A program made the translations under genes and the position numbers. The notes under the pieces were generated by a model. That model saw only the letters and a list, made by a program, of their open reading frames with translations. It searched no databases and was not told the DNA's origin. DNA of 64,000 nucleotides. Origin: an uncultured Actinomycetota bacterium (GTDB lineage: Bacteria; Actinomycetota; Actinomycetes; Mycobacteriales; CADCTP01). The DNA is taken from the NCBI GenBank assembly GCA_963714145.1, contig OY970235.1, positions 7,744,407-7,808,406 of the forward strand, written 5' to 3'. Below, piece by piece: positions 22,455 through 30,822 of the stretch. Position 1 is the first letter of the stretch. Every line of letters begins with the position of its first letter.

Positions 22455-23534
22455 GTGGTACCGGTGAGTGTCACGCTGCGTGAGGTGCGGAAGGTCTTCC
22501 CGGCCGGCGGCGCCTCGGTCACCGCCGTCGACGGGGTCGATCTCGACGTCCGCGATGGCGAGTTCTTCGCCATGCTCGGGCCGTCCGGCTCGGGCAAGAC
22601 CACGGTGCTGCGCATGATCGCCGGCTTCGAGCAGCCCACCTCCGGGCAGATCCTGCTCGGCGGCACGGACGTCAGCCGGCTCGCCCCGTTCCAGCGCGAC
22701 GTGAACACGGTCTTCCAGGACTACGCGCTGTTCCCGCACCTGTCCGTGCAGGAGAATGTCGCGTATGGACTGAAGGTGAAGGGGGTCGGCCGGCCCGAGC
22801 GGCGGGCCCGGTCGGCCGCGGCGCTGGCCACCGTCCGGCTGGACGGCTACGGCCCGCGCCGGCCGGCGCAGCTGTCCGGCGGCGAACGGCAGCGGGTGGC
22901 GCTGGCCCGGGCCCTGGTGAACCGGCCCAGGGTGCTGCTGCTGGACGAGCCGCTCGGCGCCCTGGATCTGCGGCTGCGCGAGCAGATGCAGGTGGAGTTG
23001 AAGGCGATTCAGCGCGAAGTGGGTATCACCTTCCTGTTCGTCACCCACGACCAGGGCGAGGCGATGACGATGAGCGACCGGATCGCGGTGTTCAACCGCG
23101 GCCGGATCGAGCAGGTCGGCAGCCCGCCGGAGATCTACGAGCGGCCGGCCACCGGGTTCGTGGCCGGCTTCGTCGGCACCGCGAACCTGCTCTCCGGCCC
23201 GGCCGCGCAGGCGGTGCTGGGCAGCCCTGGAACGGCCAGCATCCGGCCGGAGCGGATCCGGCTGGCCGCTGCCGACACCGCGCTGGCCGCCGACGTCACC
23301 GTCGAGGGCATCCTGGCGGACGCGGCCTACGCCGGCCCGGAGACCCGGTACACGGTGAATCTGGACGCGGGTGTCCGGCTGGTGGTCACCCGGCCGAACA
23401 CCGGGGCCGGCCCGGACGGCGGCGAGCCGAAGCCCGGCGACCGGGTGCTGCTCGGCTGGCAGCGCGAGCACGTCTCCCACATTCCGGACGGCACGTCCCA
23501 GTCACCGGCCGGCCCGACACCGACCGACAGCTAA
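22455..23534 (+). CDS. potA: Polyamine (spermidine/putrescine-type) ABC transporter ATP-binding subunit
   Basis: Walker A GPSGSGKTT, signature LSGGERQR, Walker B LLLDEP, C-terminal TOBE-like region. Likely start is the GTG at 22455 or 22464, not the ORF-track start at 22320. Confidence 0.88.
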   Translation: MVPVSVTLREVRKVFPAGGASVTAVDGVDLDVRDGEFFAMLGPSGSGKTTVLRMIAGFEQPTSGQILLGGTDVSRLAPFQRDVNTVFQDYALFPHLSVQENVAYGLKVKGVGRPERRARSAAALATVRLDGYGPRRPAQLSGGERQRVALARALVNRPRVLLLDEPLGALDLRLREQMQVELKAIQREVGITFLFVTHDQGEAMTMSDRIAVFNRGRIEQVGSPPEIYERPATGFVAGFVGTANLLSGPAAQAVLGSPGTASIRPERIRLAAADTALAADVTVEGILADAAYAGPETRYTVNLDAGVRLVVTRPNTGAGPDGGEPKPGDRVLLGWQREHVSHIPDGTSQSPAGPTPTDS

Positions 23535-23537
23535 GGG

Positions 23538-24761
23538 GTGGGTTCCATGCGCAGGCAGAGATCCGGGCTGACCGCGGCCATCGCCGGCACCGCGGCGCTG
23601 CTGCTGGCCGCGTGCGGCTCGAGTTCCGGCGGCGGCGGTGGTGGCGGCGGTGGTGCGACAGGCGGCGACCAGCCGCCGAAGCTGGCCGCGGCCACCGCGG
23701 TGGGTCCGACCGAGGGCGAGCTGAACATCATCGTCTGGGCCGGCTACGCCGAGGACGGCTCCAACGACAAGACCGTCGACTGGGTGCACCCGTTCGAGAA
23801 GCAGACCGGTTGCAAGGTCAACGTGAAGGTGGGCAACACCTCCGACGAGATGGTCACGCTGATGAAGACCGGCCAGTACGACGGGGTTTCCGCGTCCGGC
23901 GACGCGACCCTGCGGCTGATCTACAGCGGTGACGTGGCCCCGGTGAACACCTCGCTGGTGCCCGGCTACGCGACGATCTCGGACTTCCTCAAGAACGGCG
24001 CCTGGAACTCGGTGAACGGTCAGATGTACGGGATTCCGCACGGCTGGGGCGCGAACGTACTCACCTGGCGCACCGACAAGGTGAACCCGGCGCCGGACTC
24101 CTGGGGTGTGGTGTTCGACCAGAACAGCCCGTACAAAGGCAAGGTCACCGCCTACGACTCACCGATCTACATCGCCGACGCGGCGCTGTACCTGAAGGCG
24201 ACGAAGCCGGATCTGAAGATCAACAACCCGTACGAGCTGGACGACACGCAGTTCCAGGCCGCGGTGGACCTGTTGAAGGCGCAGAAGAACCTGATCGGCG
24301 AGTACTGGTCCGACTACACCAAGGCGGTGCAGGCGCTGCAGAGCGGCGACACCGTCGTCGGCACCGAGTGGCAGGTCATCGCAAACCTGGTGAACGCCGG
24401 CAAGAAGGTCACCGTGCAGTCGGTGGTGCCGAAGGAGGGCTCCACCGGCTGGTCGGACACCTGGATGGTCGCGGCCAAGGCCAAGCACCCGAACTGCATG
24501 TACAAGTGGATGGACTGGATCGTCTCGCCGAAGGTCAACGCGCAGGTGGCCGAGTGGTTCGGCGAGGCGCCGGCGCAGACCCAGGCCTGCGAGCAGACCG
24601 CCGACAAGTCCTTCTGCAGCACGTACCACGCCACCGACCAGACCTACGCCGGCAAGATCTCCTACTGGACCACGCCGACCCGCAACTGCGGCGACTCGCG
24701 CGGCAACACCTGCAAGGACTACGCCGCCTGGACCCAGGCCTGGACGGAGATCAAGAGCTGA
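23538..24761 (+). CDS. Polyamine ABC transporter substrate-binding lipoprotein (PotD/YdcS-like)
   Basis: Lipobox LAAC, IVWAGY, FEKQTGCKV, YDGVSASGDATLRLI and PKEGSTGWSDTWM motifs. Confidence 0.88.
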   Translation: MGSMRRQRSGLTAAIAGTAALLLAACGSSSGGGGGGGGGATGGDQPPKLAAATAVGPTEGELNIIVWAGYAEDGSNDKTVDWVHPFEKQTGCKVNVKVGNTSDEMVTLMKTGQYDGVSASGDATLRLIYSGDVAPVNTSLVPGYATISDFLKNGAWNSVNGQMYGIPHGWGANVLTWRTDKVNPAPDSWGVVFDQNSPYKGKVTAYDSPIYIADAALYLKATKPDLKINNPYELDDTQFQAAVDLLKAQKNLIGEYWSDYTKAVQALQSGDTVVGTEWQVIANLVNAGKKVTVQSVVPKEGSTGWSDTWMVAAKAKHPNCMYKWMDWIVSPKVNAQVAEWFGEAPAQTQACEQTADKSFCSTYHATDQTYAGKISYWTTPTRNCGDSRGNTCKDYAAWTQAWTEIKS

Positions 24762-24766
24762 CCACT

Positions 24767-25666
24767 GTGGACGGTCGGCCGGCGGCGCCGGCCGACCCGC
24801 CCCGGCCGGCCCGGGTGTCGAGCTTCCTGCACCGCTCGCCCCGGGTCCGGTTGGCCGCGCTGCTGCTGGCGCCGATGACCTGGCTGGTGGTGGCGTACCT
24901 CGGCTCGCTCGCGGTGATGTTCGCGTCCGCGCTGTGGACCACCAACTCGTTCACCGGCGCGATCATCCGGCACCCGACCTGGGAGAACTTCCAGACCCTC
25001 GTGCAGCAGCCGGTGTACCGGAAGATCGCGCTGCGCACGGTCGGCGTGGCCGCGCTGGTCACCGTCCTGGACGCGGTGATCGCGCTGCCGATGGCGTTCT
25101 ACCTGGCGAAGGTGGCCAGCCGGCGGGCCCGCGGGCTGCTGGTCGCCGCGATCCTCACCCCGCTGTGGGCCAGCTACCTGGTGAAGGCGTACGCCTGGCG
25201 GGTCATGCTCAGCGGCGACGGCCCGGTCAACTGGGTGCTGCGGCCGTTCCACGCCAGCGGCCCGGGCTTCGGGCTCACCGCGGTCACGCTGACCCTGGCG
25301 TACCTCTGGCTGCCGTACATGGTGCTGCCGGTGTACGCCGGGCTGGACCGGCTGCCGGACTCCCTGCTGGAGGCGTCCGCCGACCTGGGCGCGCCGGCGT
25401 GGCGGACGTTCCGCTCGGTGGTGCTGCCGCTGCTGTTCCCGGCGCTGGTGGCCGGCTCGATCTTCACGTTCTCGCTCAGCCTCGGTGACTACATCACCGT
25501 GAAAATAGTGGGTGGCCGCACCCAGCTGTTCGCCAACGTCATCTACGACAACATCGGCGTGGCCGACAACCTCCCGTTCGCCGCCGCCGCCGCGACCACG
25601 CCGGTGCTGCTGATCATCCTGTACCTGCTGCTGGTCCGGCGCACCGGCGCGTTGGAGAACCTATGA
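24767..25666 (+). CDS. Polyamine ABC transporter permease (PotB-like)
   Basis: TM segments and EAA loop LLEASADLGA; start taken as the GTG at 24767. Confidence 0.87.
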   Translation: MDGRPAAPADPPRPARVSSFLHRSPRVRLAALLLAPMTWLVVAYLGSLAVMFASALWTTNSFTGAIIRHPTWENFQTLVQQPVYRKIALRTVGVAALVTVLDAVIALPMAFYLAKVASRRARGLLVAAILTPLWASYLVKAYAWRVMLSGDGPVNWVLRPFHASGPGFGLTAVTLTLAYLWLPYMVLPVYAGLDRLPDSLLEASADLGAPAWRTFRSVVLPLLFPALVAGSIFTFSLSLGDYITVKIVGGRTQLFANVIYDNIGVADNLPFAAAAATTPVLLIILYLLLVRRTGALENL

Positions 25667-25731
25667 CGCCCCCCACGAAAACGCTCCGCGCGCTGGCCGC
25701 GCTCCACGTTTCCGCGGGGGCCCCGCGGTGA
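25663..25731 (+). other. MIRU-like intercistronic mini-ORF (22 aa, MTPPTKTLRALAALHVSAGAPR)
   Basis: Its ATG overlaps the upstream stop (ATGA) and its TGA overlaps the downstream GTG start (GTGA). Confidence 0.55.
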
Positions 25732-26528
25732 TCCTGTCGCGGCGGGCGAAGGTTCTGTTGCGGCTGGCGATGGCACTCGGCCTCGCGGTCATCTACGTAC
25801 CGCTGCTCGTCGTGATCGTGAACTCGTTCAACCCCTCGCGCACGTTCAGCTTCCCGCCGACCGGGCTGACGCTGGAGTGGTGGCGGCGCACCGTGGACAG
25901 TTCCGGCGCGCGTGCCGCCCTGTGGACGAGCGTGAAGGTCGGCCTGGGCGCGACCGCGGTGGCGCTGGTGCTCGGCACGATGGCCGCGTTCGCCGTACAG
26001 CGGTACCGGTTCTTCGGCCGGGACGCGGTCAGCCTGCTGGTAGTGCTGCCGATCGCGCTGCCCGGCATCGTCACCGGAATCGCGCTGAATTCAGCGTTCC
26101 GCGCCGGGACAGTCCCCTTTGGATACATCACCGTCATCGTCGGCCACGCCACCTTCTGCATCGTGGTCGTCTACAACAACGTGCTGGCCCGGCTGCGCCG
26201 CACCGGTACCCGGCTGGAGGAGGCGTCGATGGATCTCGGCGCCACCACGTTCCAGACATTCCGGTACGTGACGTTCCCGCAGTTGCGGTCGGCGCTGTTC
26301 GCCGGGGCGCTGCTGGCATTCGCGCTGTCCTTCGACGAGATCGTGGTCACCACGTTCACCACCGCGCCCGGGCTGCAGACGCTGCCACTCTGGATCTTCG
26401 ACAACCTGTTCCGGCCGAACCAGGCGCCGGTGGTGAACGTCGTCGCGGCCGCCCTGGTACTGCTGTCGGTGCTGCCGATCTGGGCCGCGCAGCGGTTGTC
26501 CGGCGAGGAGACCGGCGGCCGGCTCTGA
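25728..26528 (+). CDS. Polyamine ABC transporter permease (PotC-like)
   Basis: LPIALPGIVTGIAL, LEEASMDLGA and FALSFDEIVVT motifs. Confidence 0.88.
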   Translation: MILSRRAKVLLRLAMALGLAVIYVPLLVVIVNSFNPSRTFSFPPTGLTLEWWRRTVDSSGARAALWTSVKVGLGATAVALVLGTMAAFAVQRYRFFGRDAVSLLVVLPIALPGIVTGIALNSAFRAGTVPFGYITVIVGHATFCIVVVYNNVLARLRRTGTRLEEASMDLGATTFQTFRYVTFPQLRSALFAGALLAFALSFDEIVVTTFTTAPGLQTLPLWIFDNLFRPNQAPVVNVVAAALVLLSVLPIWAAQRLSGEETGGRL

Positions 26529-26702
26529 CCCGGCCACCCACCCGGCGGACGCCGACCGGCCAGACCGGGGCACATCAGTCCAGTTCGGACGGTCGGTGGC
26601 CGGGGCTGCGTTGGCCCGCCGGAACCGGTGCTGGGCGGGACAACTGGCGCTCCATTACGATCCGACCCCGGGACGGGCCGGAACGTATGAGGGAGCACAC
26701 CT

Positions 26703-27530
26703 GTGACGGACGAGCATCCGGCGCCCAGCGGGGTTGATGTCAACACACCGAACGTGGCTCGGATGTGGGACTACCAACTGGGCGGCAAGGACAATTTCGC
26801 TGCCGACCGGGCCGCCGCCGAGGCGGTGAACGAGGTACTGCGCAAGGCGAATGTGCCGGACGGCCGGGACGCGGCCCGGGAGAACCGGGGATTCCTGCAC
26901 CGGGCGGTCCGATACCTGGCCGGCGAGGCGGGCATCCGCCAGTTCATCGACATCGGTGCCGGGCTGCCCACCCAGGGCAACGTGCACGAGGTCGCCCAGG
27001 AGTTGGCGCCGGAGGCCCGGGTGGTCTACGTCGACTACGACCCGGTGGTGCTGGTGCACAGCCGGGCGCTGCTGGGCAATGACCCGCAGGCGACGATCAT
27101 CCAGGCGGACATGCGGCGCCCCGAGGAGATCCTGGCCAACCCGGAGCTGCGCAACCTGATCGACCTGAGTGAGCCGGTCGCCGTGCTGCTGATCGCCACC
27201 TTGCACCTGATCCCGGACGAGGAGTCGCCGGCCGGGATGGTCGACCGGCTGCTCGCCGCGCTGCCGGTCGGCAGCTACCTGACCGTCACGCACGCCACCC
27301 GGGAGGGCAAGGCCGAGGCGGCCGCGGCCCTGACCGCCGAGTTCGCCCGCAGCCGCACCACCGCCCCGATCGTGCCGCGCAGCCGGGCGGACATCGCCCG
27401 CTTCCTGGCCGGCGTCGACCTGGTGGAGCCGGGCCTGGTCTACGCCGTCGACTGGCGGCCGGATCCGCCGCAGCCGGTGGTCGGTGCCGGATGGCTACTT
27501 GCGGGCATCGGCCGCAAGAGCAAAGACTGA
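26703..27530 (+). CDS. Actinobacterial SAM-dependent methyltransferase (Methyltransf_19/DUF574-like)
   Basis: PNVARMWDYQLGGKDNFAADR, IRQFIDIGAGLPT, VVYVDYDPVVLVH; RBS GAGGGAG upstream. Confidence 0.92.
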   Translation: MTDEHPAPSGVDVNTPNVARMWDYQLGGKDNFAADRAAAEAVNEVLRKANVPDGRDAARENRGFLHRAVRYLAGEAGIRQFIDIGAGLPTQGNVHEVAQELAPEARVVYVDYDPVVLVHSRALLGNDPQATIIQADMRRPEEILANPELRNLIDLSEPVAVLLIATLHLIPDEESPAGMVDRLLAALPVGSYLTVTHATREGKAEAAAALTAEFARSRTTAPIVPRSRADIARFLAGVDLVEPGLVYAVDWRPDPPQPVVGAGWLLAGIGRKSKD

Positions 27531-27602
27531 CTACTTGACCGCCCATGACCCGGACGGTGACAAGGATGATGTTCGCGGACACGCAGTCGGGGCGAGGACG
27601 CG

Positions 27603-28481
27603 ATGAGCACGGTTGAGCCCAGTGCCGGCCCCACGGTGCTGCGTATCCTGCTGGGTTCCCAGCTGCGCCGGCTGCGCGAGCAGCGCGGGATCAGCCGGGA
27701 GGCCGCCGGCTACGCGATCCGGGCGTCCGAGTCGAAGATCAGCCGGCTGGAGCTGGGCCGGGTCGGCTTCAAGGAACGCGACGTGGTCGACCTGCTGACC
27801 CTCTACGGCGTCGACGGCGGCGAGGAGCGGATGGCCCTGCTGGGGCTGGCCCGGGACGCCAACGCGCCGGGCTGGTGGCACAAGTACGGCGACGTGCTGC
27901 CGTCCTGGTTCCAGTCGTACGTCGGCCTGGAGGCGGCGGCCAGCCTGATCCGTACGTACGAGGTGCAGTTCATCCCGGGGTTGCTGCAGACCGAGGAGTA
28001 CGCCCGGGCGGTGGTGCTGCTCGGCCACGATGGCCGGTCGGAGGAGATCGACCGCCGGGTCGCGCTGCGGATGGAGCGGCAGACGGTGCTGGCCCGGCCG
28101 GGCGCCCCGCGGCTGTGGGCGGTGGTGGATGAGGCGGCGTTGCGGCGGCCGATCGGCGGCCCGGAGGTGTTGCGCGGCCAGTTGGAGCACCTGGTCGCCG
28201 CGGCGAAGCTGCCGAACGTGACCGTGCAGGTGATCCCGTTCGGGTTCGGCGGGCACGCCGCGGCCGGCGGGGCGTTCAGCATCCTGCGATTCGCCGACCA
28301 GGCGCTGCCCGACGTGGTCTACATCGAGCAGCTGACCAGCGCCCTCTACCTGGACAAGCGCGAGGACGTGGACCGGTACCTGGAGGCGATGGAGCGGTTG
28401 TGCGTGGAGGCCGAGACGCCGACCGAGAGCGTGCTGCGGCTCAACCAGTTGTTGACCGACCTACCACCGGCCGGCCACTGA
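27603..28481 (+). CDS. XRE-family HTH regulator with DUF5753 domain (WhiJ/Scr1-like)
   Basis: LGSQLRRLRE...SKISRLELG HTH; PGLLQTEEYARA and AVVDEAALRRPIGG in the C-terminal domain. Confidence 0.92.
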   Translation: MSTVEPSAGPTVLRILLGSQLRRLREQRGISREAAGYAIRASESKISRLELGRVGFKERDVVDLLTLYGVDGGEERMALLGLARDANAPGWWHKYGDVLPSWFQSYVGLEAAASLIRTYEVQFIPGLLQTEEYARAVVLLGHDGRSEEIDRRVALRMERQTVLARPGAPRLWAVVDEAALRRPIGGPEVLRGQLEHLVAAAKLPNVTVQVIPFGFGGHAAAGGAFSILRFADQALPDVVYIEQLTSALYLDKREDVDRYLEAMERLCVEAETPTESVLRLNQLLTDLPPAGH

Positions 28482-28524
28482 GCCGCGATCGGCAAACAGG
28501 GCCGGCCGGTGGGCCAGCTGCCGC

Positions 28525-28761
28525 CTAGCCGATCAGATGGTCGAAGTGGCCGTCCCGGGCGCCACCGATGAGCGCGGCGATCTCGGCCCGGGTACAGATC
28601 AGCGCGGGTCCGTCCGGGAAGCGTGAGTTCCGCAGCGCGAACTGACCGTCCGCGAGCCGGGCTATCTCCACGCAATTCCCACTCGGGTTGCTGTGCTGGC
28701 TCTTGTACCAGGCGACGTGCCGCAACTCGCTGGCGGGCATTCCGTTATGCGGGGGCCACAT
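28525..28761 (-). CDS. DUF397 protein (BldB/Scr2-like)
   Basis: WYKSQHSNPSGNCVEIA...ALRNSRFPDGPAL...ARDGHFD signature; RBS GAGGTAGG. Confidence 0.92.
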   Translation of the reverse strand: MWPPHNGMPASELRHVAWYKSQHSNPSGNCVEIARLADGQFALRNSRFPDGPALICTRAEIAALIGGARDGHFDHLIG

Positions 28762-28866
28762 GTCCTACCTCTCTGATGTCCATGCCGGGTCGATGTTCAC
28801 GCTGAGCTATTCGTAGCTCTCCGTGTTCGTTGCGCCCGGACTCTGCCCCGTCCGGGTGAATCTATC

Positions 28867-28927
28867 TGCACGTGCATTTGCCCTTGCATTTGCACGGTCT
28901 GAAGCAGGACCATAACGCATGTGCACC
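28867..28927. promoter_or_regulatory. TGCA-rich repeated motif upstream of the DUF397 gene, putative XRE operator
   Basis: TGCACGTGCATTTGCCCTTGCATTTGCAC and GCATGTGCAC; the function is inferred only from position. Confidence 0.4.
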
Positions 28928-29290
28928 GGACGAGCAGACAGGGATCTGGCCCTATGAGCCGTCCGGGCACAGACCGGCGAACGAGGTCGGATCTGGTCCG
29001 ATCTCGTACGGGGGCTGCCGGGGGTGGGCGCGTCCACGGGGGGAAAGAGCGCCCGCCTCCGGCTCGATCAACCGTGGCTGGCCAGTGGACCCGTACGGGT
29101 TGAGCTGGCAATAGCCGCGGGGCCGCGGTCGGCCGAGAACCCGTCGACCGCGGCCCCCGGGTGTTCCGGGCCAACCCGCAGTCGGGGTGTCATCACGGGC
29201 TCTTCCGTAGCCATCTGGTAAAATCCCCCAAAGAGCCACTTGACAGGCCAAGTGTGGGTTGATCGACTCGCGGCGGACGAAGGATTCGCC

Positions 29291-30598
29291 GTGCAACCAT
29301 TTCAGCGCGACACCCCCATCCGGATGGCTGTCCATTCCAGCCGCCGGCTGCTTCGCGATACTCTCGCCGCCTACCTGGCCACGTTGCCGGACTTCACGGT
29401 CGTCGGCGACGCCGCCGATGTCGAGGGCCTGATGACTCTGTGTGAGTTGTCCCAGCCGGATGTCGTGCTGCTGGACGCCGAAGTCGGCGTCGCGGCGGTG
29501 CTGCGCACACTCAAGGCGCGATTCCCGGTCGTTCACCCGGTGCTCATGTACGAGAAGTTGTCGCAGTCCGATCTCGCCGAGATGCGCACGTCGAACCTGA
29601 CCGGGCTGGTGCCGTTCACGTACAGCCTGCACACGCTGCTGGCGGTACTGCGCAACCCGGGCACCATCCGGTCGACGCCGCGGGCCGGCAATGCCCGGCT
29701 GACCGAGCGCCAGCTCGAAATCCTCATGCTGATCAGTTCCGGGCACAGCGTGGCCGAGATCGCCGAGCTGCTCGCGATCAGCGCCGGCACCGTGCAGAAC
29801 CACAAACGCCGGCTGTACGCGAAGCTCTGGGCCACCAGTGGGGCCGACGCGGTGGCCCGCGCGGCGTCGGTGGGCATCATGTCCACCCCGTCCGCCGCCG
29901 ACCCACCGCCGCTGCCGGCGAACGAGGCCGGTTGGCCGGCGCTGGTGGTGGTCCGTGGTCGGTCCGGCTGCGCGGTGGACCGGGTGCTGGTCGAGTTGGT
30001 GCGGCACCGGGTGCCGTTCGTCCGGGTGCAGGTCGAGCACACCCGGCGGGACGCGCACTGGCTGCGCTGGCACCGCGGCCCGGTCACGACCGTGCTGGTC
30101 GACCCGGAGCCGGCGCACTGGCCGACCGGCCGGCCGGCCGGGCACCGGGTGCTGGTCGTCCGCAGCGGCGTGCTGGACCAGGCCGCGATGGTGCGCGATC
30201 TGTCCCGCGGCGCCGGCGGGATCATCGAGACCGAGCGGGTGGAGGGCCAGCTGATGTCCGCGCTGGCGCTGGCCGCCGAGGGCTGCCTGGTGATCGGCGG
30301 CAGCCAGGCCCGGCCGGTGGCCCGCGCGGTCATCTCGCATTCAGCCGAGCGGCGCTCCCGCGTCCCGGAGGTCACCGCCAGGGAGCGGGACATCCTGTCG
30401 TCCATCGCACTGGGCCACACCGTCCGGCAGACCGCCCGCAGCCTCGGCATCACCACCAAGACCGTGGAGAACACCCAGGCGCACCTGTTCAGCAAGCTGC
30501 GCGTGCACAACCGGGCCGGCGCGCTGGCCGCCGCGTATGCCCTCGGCCTGATCAGCCCGGCCGGCGATGCCGCCGGCGAGGCTGGACTGCTGGGGTAG
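29291..30598 (+). CDS. LuxR-family regulator with two tandem receiver-like/LuxR-HTH units
   Basis: QPDVVLLDAE receiver-like N-terminus; HTH1 LTERQLEIL...SVAEIAELLAISAGTVQNHKRRLYAKL; HTH2 VTARERDIL...TVRQTARSLGITTKTVENTQAHLFSKL. Start is uncertain (29240-29324). Confidence 0.82.
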   Translation: MQPFQRDTPIRMAVHSSRRLLRDTLAAYLATLPDFTVVGDAADVEGLMTLCELSQPDVVLLDAEVGVAAVLRTLKARFPVVHPVLMYEKLSQSDLAEMRTSNLTGLVPFTYSLHTLLAVLRNPGTIRSTPRAGNARLTERQLEILMLISSGHSVAEIAELLAISAGTVQNHKRRLYAKLWATSGADAVARAASVGIMSTPSAADPPPLPANEAGWPALVVVRGRSGCAVDRVLVELVRHRVPFVRVQVEHTRRDAHWLRWHRGPVTTVLVDPEPAHWPTGRPAGHRVLVVRSGVLDQAAMVRDLSRGAGGIIETERVEGQLMSALALAAEGCLVIGGSQARPVARAVISHSAERRSRVPEVTARERDILSSIALGHTVRQTARSLGITTKTVENTQAHLFSKLRVHNRAGALAAAYALGLISPAGDAAGEAGLLG

Positions 30599-30605
30599 TT
30601 TGTTC

Positions 30606-30624
30606 TAAGGTAAGGCTTACCTAT
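30606..30624. promoter_or_regulatory. IdeR/DmdR1/DtxR-type iron box
   Basis: TAAGGTAAGGCTTACCTAT matches the consensus TWAGGTWAGSCTWACCTWA at 18 of 19 positions, about 200 nt upstream of the multicopper oxidase start. Confidence 0.8.
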
Positions 30625-30822
30625 GTGTCTGGGTGGCTGAGTCCCCCCAGGGGTTGTTCGTCACTTTTCTGAAACGTGACGACGGGTCTATCTTGAGGCC
30701 GCCCGAAGCCCGGTTCCGTGATCGGGAACCGCCCTCCGCGCAGTTCGTATCCCCCATCCTCGCGGTCGCCGACCGCGTGTCTTCGCGTGCCCGGCGCCGC
30801 CAACCGTGCAGGGAGTCCTGGG

